From Acidaminococcaceae bacterium (GTDB taxonomy: Bacteria; Bacillota; Negativicutes; Acidaminococcales; Acidaminococcaceae), in contig JAFTZZ010000004.1 in the NCBI GenBank assembly GCA_017460905.1, positions 1 to 48,633 on the forward strand: a stretch of DNA of 48,633 nucleotides, in the 5' to 3' direction. Numbering within the stretch: the stretch's first letter is position 1; each line of letters opens with the position of its first letter. Positions 29,717 through 39,600 of the stretch are shown here, in pieces. The position numbers and the translations under genes are program-made. The notes under the pieces are model-generated. The model did no database searches. It was not told the DNA's origin and saw only the letters and a list, made by a program, of their open reading frames with translations.

Positions 29717-30445
29717 ATGAGAGAGGGAGTCAGCGATCCCTATGCCAGATTTGCCGAAATGTCGGACGAAGAAATCGTCGAAGAGGCAAATTCTGCAGAC
29801 AGCGTATTAGCGCAGGAATATCTGCTGCATAAATACCGTAATTTTGTCCGTGGCAAAGCGAAAAGCTATTTCCTGATCGGCGCGGAACGGGAAGATATCA
29901 TCCAGGAAGGCATGATAGGTTTATATAAGGCAATCCGGGATTTTCGGAACGATAAACAGACTTCCTTCCGTTCTTTTGCGGAATTATGCGTGACAAGACA
30001 GATTATTACGGCCATAAAAACGGCAACCAGGCAAAAGCATATTCCGTTAAATTCCTATGTGTCGCTTAATAAGCCGATTTATGAGAAGGATTCCGACAGG
30101 ACGCTGCTGGATGTAATCTCCAGCGGTACGCGGGTTGTGAATCCGGAAGAGATGATCGTACGGCGTGAGGAATTTATAGAAATCAAAAATAAAATGAATA
30201 CGATTCTCAGCGATCTGGAGTGGGAAGTCTTTATGAACTATCTGGACGGAAAATCGTATCAGGAAACAGCCAAAGAACTGCACCGGCATATCAAATCCAT
30301 AGATAATGCGCTGCAGCGGGTAAAAAGGAAGGTTGAAAAATATAAGGAAACCCACGAAGAGGATTCTGACATTCAAACGGTCTGCTCCTGTATCCTTTCG
30401 ATAGAATCCCGGAAGCAGGAGCGTAAAAAGCATCCTTCCGCATAG
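29717..30445 (+). CDS. sigH: RNA polymerase sigma factor SigH
   Basis: YFLIGAEREDIIQEGMIGLYKAIRDF, TATRQKHIPLNSYVSL, KSIDNALQRVKRK. Confidence 0.95.
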   Translation: MREGVSDPYARFAEMSDEEIVEEANSADSVLAQEYLLHKYRNFVRGKAKSYFLIGAEREDIIQEGMIGLYKAIRDFRNDKQTSFRSFAELCVTRQIITAIKTATRQKHIPLNSYVSLNKPIYEKDSDRTLLDVISSGTRVVNPEEMIVRREEFIEIKNKMNTILSDLEWEVFMNYLDGKSYQETAKELHRHIKSIDNALQRVKRKVEKYKETHEEDSDIQTVCSCILSIESRKQERKKHPSA

Positions 30446-30463
30446 TGAAACTGATAAAAGTGA

Positions 30464-30481
30464 AACACATTGCAATGTGTT
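30464..30481. promoter_or_regulatory. Perfect 18-bp palindrome, candidate operator
   Basis: AACACATTGCAATGTGTT equals its own reverse complement. Confidence 0.45.
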
Positions 30482-30512
30482 GTAAAGTAATATTATAAAA
30501 TATGAAAACTTT

Positions 30513-30541
30513 AGAGGATTTTATCTGAAGACAGCGAATAA
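30513..30541 (+). promoter_or_regulatory. sigma-H-type promoter
   Basis: AGAGGATTT-N11-AGCGAATAA matches B. subtilis SigH consensus RNAGGAWWW-N11/12-RNNGAATWW. Confidence 0.65.
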
Positions 30542-30612
30542 CTAATATTATGAAAATGTGCAATTTGTTCCGGCATTTCAAAATATTGATCTGTTAACAG
30601 ATTGAGGAGGTA

Positions 30613-31077
30613 ATGAAAATGAACCAGACAGAAGAATTTATCAAAATTGTAGAAGCAGCGAAGGAAACAAAAGGCGTAATCTTTGTAACCGGAAAACCGG
30701 GCAGCGGCAAAAGTAAAGTGCTGCGTGAAGCTGCGGAAGACAAAAAATGGGATTATGTTGACTGCCGTATGCTGATCAGCGAAGAATTCCTTGCTGTTCC
30801 GAAAGAAGAACGTAATGCCAAGGCGCCTGCCATGATGGCAGAATCCCTTGCCAGCTATAATTCCGATGTTATCTTATTAGATCGTTTACAGACTTTATTT
30901 GTGCCGGTATTTAATTTGGACGTAGCGTCCCTGCTGAAAGAATTAGGACAGCAGTTTGTGCTGGTAGCGGCCTGGCCCGGCTACATTAAAGACGGCATGC
31001 TGTGCTATGACAAATTTGACGGAACGGAATCAATCCGGATTCCGGAAGATGGATTTACCATCTGGAATGTTGACTGA
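30613..31077 (+). CDS. Small P-loop protein, BREX type 3 BrxF-like (orphan)
   Basis: GKPGSGKS Walker A, VILLD Walker B, TLF..D...LL, VAAWPG..DG.L.Y pattern resembling BrxF; about 150 aa. Confidence 0.7.
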   Translation: MKMNQTEEFIKIVEAAKETKGVIFVTGKPGSGKSKVLREAAEDKKWDYVDCRMLISEEFLAVPKEERNAKAPAMMAESLASYNSDVILLDRLQTLFVPVFNLDVASLLKELGQQFVLVAAWPGYIKDGMLCYDKFDGTESIRIPEDGFTIWNVD

Positions 31078-31091
31078 GTCTGGGGAAATGT

Positions 31092-32195
31092 ATGATTAAT
31101 GTGAAAGGTACGCTGGCTGTTCTGACGGGCGGCGGAGACTGTCCTGGCCTGAATGCGGTGCTGAATGCGGTAGTTAAGGCGGCGTTGGGGCATGGATATC
31201 AGATTTATGGCATTGAAAACGGATTTAACGGATTGATCAGGGACCGGATGAAACTCCTGACCTATGCCGATGTATCCGGCATTTTGCCCCGGGGCGGAAC
31301 CGTGCTGGGGACAACCAACCGGGATAATCCGTTCAAATTTGCGCATGTCGCCAAAGACGGTTCTGTTACATATACGGATGAAAGCGAAACCATCTTAAAG
31401 AATCTGACCAAGCGTGGGATTGAAACGCTGATTGTGATCGGCGGCGACGGCAGCCTGGCCATAGGCGCCCAGTTGGCAAGAGATTGCGGCGTCAAGGTGA
31501 TTGGGGTCCCCAAAACGATTGATAACGATTTGCCCTGTACAGAAAGAACATTCGGTTTCGATACCGCGATGGCTATGGCTACGGAGGCAGTTGACAGGCT
31601 GCACACCACCGCGGAATCACATCACCGGATCATGATCCTTGAGGTTATGGGGCGTTATGCGGGCTGGATCGCCTTGCATTCCGGTGTGGCCGGCGGCGCG
31701 GATGTTATCCTGATTCCTGAAATTCCGTATCACCTGGATAAGGTAGCGAAGAAGATTTATAAACGCCAGCAGGAAGGCAAGATGTTCAGTATCATTGTTG
31801 TCGCCGAAGGCGCAAAGCCGGAAGGCGGCGAGATGACAGTTGCCCGGATCGTAAAAGACAGCTTCGAGCCTATCCGTCTTGGCGGTGTAGGCAATAAGCT
31901 GGCGCTGGAATTGGAAGAGCTGACCGGTATTGAAGCCCGTTGTACCGTTTTGGGATATCTGCAGAGAGGCGGTTCCCCTACCGCATTCGACCGGGTATTG
32001 TGTACCCGGTACGGTGTTGCGGCGATTGAAGCCTGCATCGAGGGTAACTATAATGTTATGGTTTCCCTGAAAAATGACTCCATTGTTCAGGTGCCGCTGC
32101 AGGAGGCAGGCTCCGAACCCAGGTCCGTATCACCGGATAATGAAATTGTAAAAGCCGCCAGGGATATCGGTATCTGCTTTGGTGATGAAGAGTAA
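31092..32195 (+). CDS. pfkA: 6-phosphofructokinase (group III/mixed-substrate family, predicted ATP-dependent)
   Basis: TGGGDCPGLN, GGDGS (Gly = ATP type), PKTIDND, TTAESH, MGR. Confidence 0.93.
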   Translation: MINVKGTLAVLTGGGDCPGLNAVLNAVVKAALGHGYQIYGIENGFNGLIRDRMKLLTYADVSGILPRGGTVLGTTNRDNPFKFAHVAKDGSVTYTDESETILKNLTKRGIETLIVIGGDGSLAIGAQLARDCGVKVIGVPKTIDNDLPCTERTFGFDTAMAMATEAVDRLHTTAESHHRIMILEVMGRYAGWIALHSGVAGGADVILIPEIPYHLDKVAKKIYKRQQEGKMFSIIVVAEGAKPEGGEMTVARIVKDSFEPIRLGGVGNKLALELEELTGIEARCTVLGYLQRGGSPTAFDRVLCTRYGVAAIEACIEGNYNVMVSLKNDSIVQVPLQEAGSEPRSVSPDNEIVKAARDIGICFGDEE

Positions 32196-32207
32196 CAGTT
32201 TTTCTCC

Positions 32208-32244
32208 GGGGCGCATCCTGGGTCATCGGGATGCGCCCTGTTTT
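32208..32244 (+). terminator. Intrinsic terminator after pfkA
   Basis: GGGCGCATCCTG / CGGGATGCGCCC stem + TGTTTT. Confidence 0.8.
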
Positions 32245-32298
32245 ATCTGATAACGGATACTGTTTTGACAAAAGTGCAAAAAGATTTACAAAAAACAG

Positions 32299-32327
32299 TT
32301 GACAAACTACCTCGTTTCATGTATCAT
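32299..32327 (+). promoter_or_regulatory. sigma-A promoter of tRNA operon
   Basis: TTGACA-17-TATCAT with A-rich upstream element. Confidence 0.7.
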
Positions 32328-32348
32328 ACTTATTGTCACTGAAAGCAT

Positions 32349-32424
32349 GCTGACATAGCTCAACTGGCAGAGCAACGGTTTTGTAAACCGTAGGTTGTAG
32401 GTTCGATTCCTATTGTCAGCTCCA
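32349..32424 (+). tRNA. tRNA-Thr(TGT)
   Basis: Cloverleaf, anticodon TGT, GTTCGA T-loop, encoded CCA. Confidence 0.97.
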
Positions 32425-32436
32425 GAAGATTTCTAT

Positions 32437-32521
32437 GGAGGGGTTCCCGAGTGGCTAAAGGGAGCAGACTGTAAATCTGCCGCGTTTCGCTTCGTTGGTT
32501 CGAATCCAACCCCCTCCACCA
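32437..32521 (+). tRNA. tRNA-Tyr(GTA)
   Basis: Long variable arm, anticodon GTA, CCA end. Confidence 0.97.
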
Positions 32522-32527
32522 TTTTAT

Positions 32528-32603
<76 letters not shown>

Positions 32604-32616
32604 TATTAGCAATGAT

Positions 32617-32692
<76 letters not shown>

Positions 32693-32703
32693 TTTATGAT
32701 TAT

Positions 32704-32780
32704 GGCGGCATAGCTCAGTTGGCTAGAGCAAGCGGTTCATACCCGCTGTGTCCGCGGTTCAAATCCGTGTGCCGCCACCA
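32704..32780 (+). tRNA. tRNA-Met(CAT), elongator
   Basis: GGCGGCA/TGCCGCC acceptor stem, loop TTCATAC, CCA. Confidence 0.93.
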
Positions 32781-32789
32781 TATGAAACT

Positions 32790-32829
32790 AAAACTCATGC
32801 AGGCAATCTGAATTCTTGCATGAGTTTTT
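32790..32829 (+). terminator. Terminator of tRNA operon
   Basis: AAAACTCATGCAGG / CTTGCATGAGTTTTT. Confidence 0.8.
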
Positions 32830-32860
32830 GATTTTCACATTTTTAAATTCTGTAAATTTA

Positions 32861-32889
32861 TTGACAGAAACTGCTAACTGTGTTATTAT
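32861..32889 (+). promoter_or_regulatory. sigma-A promoter for rpmG-secE-nusG
   Basis: TTGACA-17-TATTAT with TG extension. Confidence 0.7.
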
Positions 32890-32942
32890 CATTCAGTGAC
32901 GATTCAGTTGCTGTATTTTAGAGTTCGAAAGAGGTGGCAAGC

Positions 32943-33092
32943 ATGCGTACGTTGATTACTTTAGCCTGCACGGAATGCAAGCAGAGAAACTATCAGACCA
33001 ATAAAAATAAGAAGAACGATCCTGATCGTATCGAAATTAAAAAATATTGCAAATTCTGCAAAAAGCATACCGCTCATAAAGAGACGAAATAA
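32943..33092 (+). CDS. rpmG: 50S ribosomal protein L33 (Zn-binding C+ form), 49 aa, absent from ORF track
   Basis: [49 protein letters not shown]; GAGGTG RBS. Confidence 0.97.
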   Translation: MRTLITLACTECKQRNYQTNKNKKNDPDRIEIKKYCKFCKKHTAHKETK

Positions 33093-33134
33093 TTTGCAAT
33101 TCAGAAGTGCTCATATAGCAAGGATGTGGAAACA

Positions 33135-33359
33135 ATGACCGTTCCGGAGACTGCTTCGACAAACGAAACAAGTACGGTGGGGAAGATTACCGGATTCATC
33201 AGTGAATCCAAGGAAGAATTGAAAAAAGTCACCTGGCCGACGCGGCAGGAGCTGTTTTTAAATACTATTGTCGTTTTGATTGCAGTAGTATTGGTAGCAG
33301 TCTGCATCTGGATCGCGGATTCAATTTTTTCTGTGCTGATCAGAGCCATCTTACGGTAA
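33135..33359 (+). CDS. secE: Preprotein translocase subunit SecE
   Basis: ELKKVTWPTRQE followed by one TM helix. Confidence 0.94.
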   Translation: MTVPETASTNETSTVGKITGFISESKEELKKVTWPTRQELFLNTIVVLIAVVLVAVCIWIADSIFSVLIRAILR

Positions 33360-33398
33360 GAGGGATAAGGAGGAAGGGAGCCTGCTCCCGCTGAAAAC

Positions 33399-34007
33399 AT
33401 GGACGAAACTAAAAATGCTGAAACATTGGAAAAAGGCAAACGGCATTGGTATGTCATCCATACTTATTCCGGTTATGAGAATAAGGTCAGTACAAATCTG
33501 GAACGCAAGGTTGATTCTCTGGGCCTGAGTGATAAGATTTTTCATATCATGATTCCCATGGAGAATGAAGTTGTTGCCGATGAACACGGCAACAAGCGTG
33601 TCGTTGTCCGCAAGGTTTTCCCCGGTTATGTACTGGTGGAGATGATCATTGACGACCGTACCTGGTATGTTGTCCGGAATACGCCCGGTGTAACCGGGTT
33701 CGTAGGTCCGGACAATAAACAGCCTGTACCGTTGTCAGACGAAGAGGTCAGACGGATCCTGGCTGCCAGTGTAAACGGGCAGGGGGTTCAGGAAGAGGAT
33801 GAAAGTACAGTTCAGCCTAAGCCGAGGCCTCAGATTAATTTGCAATTACAGCAGAGAGTCCGCCTGAAAACCGGTCCCTTTGCCAACTTTGAAGGCGTTG
33901 TTTCGGCAATCGACAGAGAACGCGGCAAGTTAAAGGTGCTGGTGGATATGTTTGGGCGTGAAACCCCTGTTGATATTGATTATACCCAAGTAGAAGAAAT
34001 TGAATGA
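33399..34007 (+). CDS. nusG: Transcription termination/antitermination factor NusG
   Basis: WYVIHTYSGYENKV, FPGYVLV, VRNTPGVTGFVG, GPF..FEG, MFGRETPV. Confidence 0.97.
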   Translation: MDETKNAETLEKGKRHWYVIHTYSGYENKVSTNLERKVDSLGLSDKIFHIMIPMENEVVADEHGNKRVVVRKVFPGYVLVEMIIDDRTWYVVRNTPGVTGFVGPDNKQPVPLSDEEVRRILAASVNGQGVQEEDESTVQPKPRPQINLQLQQRVRLKTGPFANFEGVVSAIDRERGKLKVLVDMFGRETPVDIDYTQVEEIE

Positions 34008-34025
34008 TAAGGAGGTGTAATAAAC

Positions 34026-34451
34026 ATGGCAAAGAAAGTTGCTAAGGTTGTAAAGTTACAGGTTCCTGGCGGTAAAGCTACTCCGGCACCTCCGGTTGGT
34101 CCTGCACTGGGCCAGGCTGGCGTTAACATTATGGCTTTCGTAAAGGACTTCAATGCCCGGACTGCTCAGCAGGTTGGCCTGATTATCCCTGTTGAAATCA
34201 CCGTATTTGAAGACCGTTCCTTTACCTTCATCACAAAGACCCCGCCTGCTGCGGTGCTGCTGAAAAAGGCTGCCGGCCTGGAAAAGGCGTCCGGTGAGCC
34301 GAACAAGAAAAAAGTAGCGACACTGCCCCGCGCCAAGGCCCGCGAAATTGCGGAAAGCAAGATGGCAGACCTGAACGCAGCTGATGTGGAAGCAGCTACC
34401 CGTATGATCGAAGGTACTGCCCGGAGCATGGGTATCGTTATCACTGACTGA
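34026..34451 (+). CDS. rplK: 50S ribosomal protein L11
   Basis: [20 protein letters not shown]. Confidence 0.98.
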   Translation: MAKKVAKVVKLQVPGGKATPAPPVGPALGQAGVNIMAFVKDFNARTAQQVGLIIPVEITVFEDRSFTFITKTPPAAVLLKKAAGLEKASGEPNKKKVATLPRAKAREIAESKMADLNAADVEAATRMIEGTARSMGIVITD

Positions 34452-34465
34452 GGTCAGTACAGTAA

Positions 34466-34492
34466 GTGGGAGGCGTAAGCCGGTATTACCAC
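34466..34492 (+). promoter_or_regulatory. L1-binding mRNA hairpin (autogenous control of rplA)
   Basis: GTGG-GA-GGC-GTAA-GCC-GGTATTA-CCAC: two stems around an asymmetric internal loop, directly before the rplA RBS. Confidence 0.7.
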
Positions 34493-34507
34493 AAGGAGGA
34501 TTTAATA

Positions 34508-35212
34508 ATGGCAAAAAAGTTTGGCAAAAAGTATGTTGATGTTTTAAAGCTGATTGATGAGAACAAACTCTATTCTCCGAAGGAAGCGGTAGAGTTAGTA
34601 AAGAAGACCGCAATCACCAAATTTGACAGCTCTGTTGAAGCAGCTTTCCGTCTGGGTATCAACCCCAAATATGCTGACCAGCAGGTTCGCGGCGCTATGG
34701 TACTGCCCCACGGAACCGGTAAATCCAAAAAGGTTCTGGTATTCGCCGAAGGCGCCAAGGCTGAAGAAGCAAGGGCTGCCGGTGCTGATTATGTCGGCGC
34801 GGACGATATGGTTGCCAAAATTCAGGGTGGCTGGTTTGATTTTGAAGTAGCCGTAGCGACCCCGAACATGATGGGTAAGGTTGGCCGTCTTGGTAAACTG
34901 TTAGGCCCGAAAGGCTTAATGCCCAACCCGAAGGTTGGTACGGTAACCATGGACGTGACCAAGGCAATTAACGAGATCAAAGCCGGTAAAGTTGAATATC
35001 GTGCTGATAAAGCCGGTAACGTACAGGCAATGATCGGTAAATCTTCCTTCTCGGAAGAAGCGCTCCTGGATAACTATATTGCGTTAGTTACCACGCTGAT
35101 CAAGGTTAAACCGTCCGGAGCCAAGGGACAGTATATTAAATCTGTTACCTTATCCACTACGATGGGACCTGGCATCAAGATTGACGTGCTGAAAGCTGAC
35201 AGCGCAAAATAA
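34508..35212 (+). CDS. rplA: 50S ribosomal protein L1
   Basis: [34 protein letters not shown]. Confidence 0.98.
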   Translation: MAKKFGKKYVDVLKLIDENKLYSPKEAVELVKKTAITKFDSSVEAAFRLGINPKYADQQVRGAMVLPHGTGKSKKVLVFAEGAKAEEARAAGADYVGADDMVAKIQGGWFDFEVAVATPNMMGKVGRLGKLLGPKGLMPNPKVGTVTMDVTKAINEIKAGKVEYRADKAGNVQAMIGKSSFSEEALLDNYIALVTTLIKVKPSGAKGQYIKSVTLSTTMGPGIKIDVLKADSAK

Positions 35213-35244
35213 TCCGGGGTAAAATTTTAAATCAGAAGATAATC

Positions 35245-35369
35245 GGGCCACAGACAGCAGGTGCATAATGCATAAGTGCGTAACGGGCACGCCTGCCGAG
35301 GCTGGAGACGTTGAAGATAGATGGTATGCCCTTCACGACCTCCGGCTGTTTCGGCCGAGAGGTCTTTTT
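35245..35369 (+). ncRNA. L10 leader (r-protein attenuator) with terminator
   Basis: AGACAGCAGG...CCTGCCGAGG core; terminator GACCTC-CGGC..GCCG-AGAGGTC-TTTTT at 35337-35369. Confidence 0.85.
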
Positions 35370-35413
35370 GATTTATAAAGTAAGTCAAATTTAAAAGAAG
35401 GAGGTGCGACTCA

Positions 35414-35944
35414 TTGAAGACAAAGGCACAAAAAGAAGCCCAGTTAGCTGAGATCAGAAAGGTCTTTGCAGAAGCTAAAAGTGCGGTACTGGTAGATTTC
35501 AACGGCCTGACCGTTGCCGAAGATACGGAACTGCGCCGTAAGGTTCGCGAAGCGGGCGCTGATTATACCGTTTTTAAGAACACCCTGATTGCCCTGGCTG
35601 CCAAAGAAAACGGCCTGGACGACCTGGTTCCCGTTTTGGAAAAGAATACAGCAATCTGCTCTTCTTCTGAAGATGCGGTAGCTGCCTGCAAAGTAATCTG
35701 TGAGTTTGTCAAAACCCACAAAAAGATGCAGTTAAAAGCCGGCGTTGTAGAAGGCAGGGTTGTTTCTGTTGATGAAGTTAAGGCTGTTGCTGAACTGCCG
35801 CCGAAGGAAGTGCTGGTTGCCAAAATGCTGGGCAGCCTGAACGCTCCTATTTCCGGTCTGGTTCGTACGCTCAACGGCACCATTGCCAAAGTTGTATATG
35901 TATTGGACGCTGTGCGTGAACAGAAAGAAAAACAGTCCGCTTAA
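35414..35944 (+). CDS. rplJ: 50S ribosomal protein L10
   Basis: GLTVAEDTELR, KNTL, LPPKEVL; TTG start after GGAGGTG. Confidence 0.97.
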   Translation: MKTKAQKEAQLAEIRKVFAEAKSAVLVDFNGLTVAEDTELRRKVREAGADYTVFKNTLIALAAKENGLDDLVPVLEKNTAICSSSEDAVAACKVICEFVKTHKKMQLKAGVVEGRVVSVDEVKAVAELPPKEVLVAKMLGSLNAPISGLVRTLNGTIAKVVYVLDAVREQKEKQSA

Positions 35945-36001
35945 CATGCGGCTGGCATTAAATATTAAATTAAATTATTAAAAATAATGGAGGAAATTAT
36001 A

Positions 36002-36376
36002 ATGAATAAAGATCAGATTATTGAAGCGATTGAGAAAATGTCCGTACTGGAACTGGCTGAACTGGTAAAAGCCCTGGAAGAAAAATTTGGCGTATCCGCT
36101 GCTGCTCCGGTAGCTGTTGCTGCTGTTGGCGCTGCTCCGGCTGCTGCTGCTGAAGAAGCAGAACAGACTGAATTCGACGTTATCCTGAAAGAAGCTGGCC
36201 AGGGTAAGATCAACGTTATCAAAGCTGTACGCGAAATCACCGGCCTGGGCCTGAAAGAAGCTAAAGCGCTGGTTGACGCTGCTCCGAAAGCTGTTAAAGA
36301 AAAGGTTTCCAAAGCTGATGCTGATGAAGCCAAAGCAAAACTGGAAGCTGCCGGCGCAACTGTTGAAATTAAATAA
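36002..36376 (+). CDS. rplL: 50S ribosomal protein L7/L12
   Basis: [24 protein letters not shown]. Confidence 0.98.
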   Translation: MNKDQIIEAIEKMSVLELAELVKALEEKFGVSAAAPVAVAAVGAAPAAAAEEAEQTEFDVILKEAGQGKINVIKAVREITGLGLKEAKALVDAAPKAVKEKVSKADADEAKAKLEAAGATVEIK

Positions 36377-36393
36377 TTTTGTAAAGTACAAGG

Positions 36394-36424
36394 ACCCGGT
36401 TCTGTTGAGGAACCGGGTTTTTTA
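36394..36424 (+). terminator. Terminator after rplL
   Basis: ACCCGGTTC/GAACCGGGT stem + T-run. Confidence 0.85.
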
Positions 36425-36440
36425 TATTTTATGTTTTTTA

Positions 36441-36470
36441 TTGACAAGCTATATAAATTTGTGGTATGAT
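36441..36470 (+). promoter_or_regulatory. sigma-A promoter for rpoBC
   Basis: TTGACA-18-TATGAT with TG extension. Confidence 0.65.
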
Positions 36471-36596
36471 AATTTACCACAAATTGGTTTTTTGTGATTA
36501 AGACCAAAATGCAGGCTTGTCTACAACGGCCAGACAGTGCAGTGGTTCACGTCGGCCGCCATATCGTAGGGATGAAGTACGTTCGTCTGGTTAAAT

Positions 36597-36633
36597 AACA
36601 GGGTAATCTTGCGGTAAGAGCCTTGTTTTTTTT
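36597..36633 (+). terminator. Putative attenuator terminator in rpoB leader
   Basis: AACAGGGT-AA-TCTTG/TAAGA-GCCTTGTT hairpin running into 8 Ts, 65 nt before the start codon. Confidence 0.55.
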
Positions 36634-36697
36634 GGCCATGAAAAACGTACTTGGTTTTGTGTTGCCTGACATCATATGACAAGGAGTGAAGACCTAC

Positions 36698-39600
36698 ATG
36701 TTTAAACCGGTTCAAACAGGTGACAGAACCCGGTATAGCTTTGGCAAAATCAAAGAAGTTCTGCCCATGCCTCATTTGATTGACTTGCAGAGAAAATCAT
36801 ATGACTGGTTTATGAGCGACGGCCTGAATGAGATTTTCCATGATATTTCTCCGATTAAGGATTTTAACGGAAATCTGGAATTGTCGTTTCAGAGCTTTGA
36901 TATTGGTGAGCCGAAATATACCATTGAAGAATGCAAGGAAAGAGATGCATCTTATTCTGCTCCGTTGAATGTTAATGTTCACCTTTTGTATAAAGATACG
37001 GGTGAAATTAAAGAATCCCGTGTATTTATGGGGGATTTTCCGCTCATGACTTCAACCGGGACCTTTGTTATCAATGGCGCAGAACGTGTTATTGTCAGCC
37101 AGCTGGTGCGTTCTCCCGGTGTTTATTATGATAAAATTATGGATCCCAGCGCTATCTATCTGTACGGTACGACAATCATACCGAACCGCGGCGCCTGGAT
37201 TGAATTTGAGACAGATCTGAATCATGTGATTTATGCCCGTGTGGACCGTACCCGTAAAGTTCCTGCAACAGTATTGCTGCGTGCTATGGGGCTCGAATCA
37301 AATGAAGAAATTCTGGAATTCTTTGGTGATACGCAAATTGAAAACCGTACGGAAGAAGGGACGGAAATTATTGAAGCGTTAAAGGCGACGCTGGAGAAAG
37401 ACAGTACTGCGAATTGCGAAGAAGCGATGATTGAGCTGTATAAGAAGCTGCGTCCCGGCGAGCCTCCTGCTTTTGAAAATGCCAAACAGCTGATTGAACA
37501 GACCTTCTTTGACGCGAAACGGTACGATCTGGCATATGTTGGCCGGTATAAACTGAACAAGAAGTTAGGCTGGCGGAACCGTCTGCAGGATTGCACCCTG
37601 GCAGAACCGCTGGTTGACAAGGAGACCGGTGAAATTGTTTTGCCGGAAGGCACCCTGATGAATGCCGAAGCTTTGGATAAGGTGGAAGCAAGCGGCGTTT
37701 ACAGAGAATACGGTGTTTATCAGCTGAAAATCCGGGAATTGAGCGGAAAAGTATTACGCGTTGTCTTTACAGCCGGTATTGACGAAAAGTTGCGGACCAT
37801 TACCAAAGAAGATATTCTGGCTTCTTTCGGGTATCTGCTGAATGTTATGGACGGACACGGGGAAAAGGATGACATTGATCATCTGGGCAACCGTCGTGTC
37901 CGCTGCGTCGGCGAATTGCTGCAAAACCAGTTCCGTATCGGTCTGGCCCGTATGGAGCGCGTTGTAAAAGAGCGTATGACAATTCAGGATGTGGATGTTG
38001 TTACACCGCAGGCGCTGATCAATATCCGCCCGGTTGTCGCAGCCATCAAAGAGTTCTTCGGCAGCAGCCAGCTGTCCCAGTTCATGGACCAGAACAACCC
38101 GCTGGCAGAACTGACGCATAAGCGCCGTCTGTCTGCACTGGGACCCGGCGGCTTGTCCAGAGAGCGTGCCGGTTACGAAGTCCGCGACGTTCATAACTCT
38201 CACTATGGCCGTATGTGTCCCATTGAGACCCCTGAAGGTCCTAATATCGGTCTGATCGGTTCTCTTTCGACCTTTGCGGTCATCAATCAGTTCGGTTTTA
38301 TTGAAACGCCGTATCGTAAGGTAGATAAAGAACATAAACGTGTTACCAATGATATTGAATATCTGACTGCGGATGAAGAAGATAAGTTCATTGTTGCCCA
38401 GGCCAACGAACCGTTGGATGACGAAGGCTATTTCCTGGGCGAGCGCGTCACGGCCCGCCGGAAGAACGATGTTTTGAGCATCCGTCCGGAACGTGCGGAT
38501 TACATGGACGTATCGCCTAAACAGGTTGTTTCTATCGCGACTGCGCTGATTCCGTTCCTGGAGCACGATGACGCCAACCGTGCGCTGATGGGCGCTAACA
38601 TGCAGCGTCAGGCGGTGCCGCTGCTGACCCCGCAGGCTCCGGTTGTCGGTACCGGTATGGAATATAAGGTGGCGACCGACTCCGGCAACTGCATACTGGC
38701 CAGACACGCAGGGGAAGTGATCCGGGTAACCGGGGACCAGATTCAGGTTCGGACCGAAAACGGCGATATTGACGAATACGAAGTACTGAAGTTTAAACGT
38801 TCTAACCAGAGCACCTGTGTCAACCAGAAACCAATCGTCTTTAAAGGCGATTATGTAAAGGCGGGGCAGGTACTGGCAGACGGTCCGGCCACTGACCGCG
38901 GCGAACTGGCTTTGGGGCATAACGTCATTGTTGCCTATATGCCCTGGGAAGGTTACAACTACGAAGACGCGGTACTGCTTTCTGAAGATCTGGTTAAAGA
39001 CGATACATATACATCAATTCATATTGAAGAATATAATTGCGACAGCCGTGATACGAAACTGGGACCGGAACAGATTACCCGTGATATTCCCAACGTATCG
39101 GATGCTGCGCGTAAGGACCTGGATGAACGCGGTATCATCCGGATTGGCGCGGAAGTACGCCCCGGCGATATTCTTGTCGGTAAGGTTACCCCCAAAGGGG
39201 AAACGGAATTATCTGCGGAAGAACGTCTGGTAAGGGCCGTATTTAACGAAAAAGCGCGGGAGGAACGGGACAGTTCCCTGCGTGTGCCCCATGGCGAGAC
39301 CGGCATTATTGTCAGCGTTAAGGTGTTTACCCGCGAAAACGGCGACGAGCTGCCTCCCGGCGTGAATGAACAGGTTCGTATCCATATTGCCCAGAAGCGC
39401 AAGATCCGTGCCGGCGATAAGATGTCCGGCCGTCACGGGAACAAAGGTGTCGTTTCCCGTATTTTGCCCCGTGAAGATATGCCGTTCCTGCCGAATGGCG
39501 AACCGGTCCAGATCGTTCTGAACCCGTTGGGCGTACCGTCCCGTATGAACATCGGTCAGATTCTGGAGACCCATTTGGGCTGGGCAGCACTGGCGTTAGG

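Noticed and set aside
32780-32943. Possible integrated element at tRNA 3' ends
   Set aside because: No integrase and no duplicated tRNA 3' end; region is fully explained by terminator and rpmG promoter.
38050-38150. Possible rifampicin-resistance substitutions in RpoB cluster I
   Set aside because: [26 protein letters not shown] has the sensitive-type Q, D, H and S residues.
37754-38920. 388-aa antisense ORF within rpoB (and similar ones over glnA, cysS, radA, rpoC)
   Set aside because: Antisense shadows of conserved genes with non-protein-like composition.
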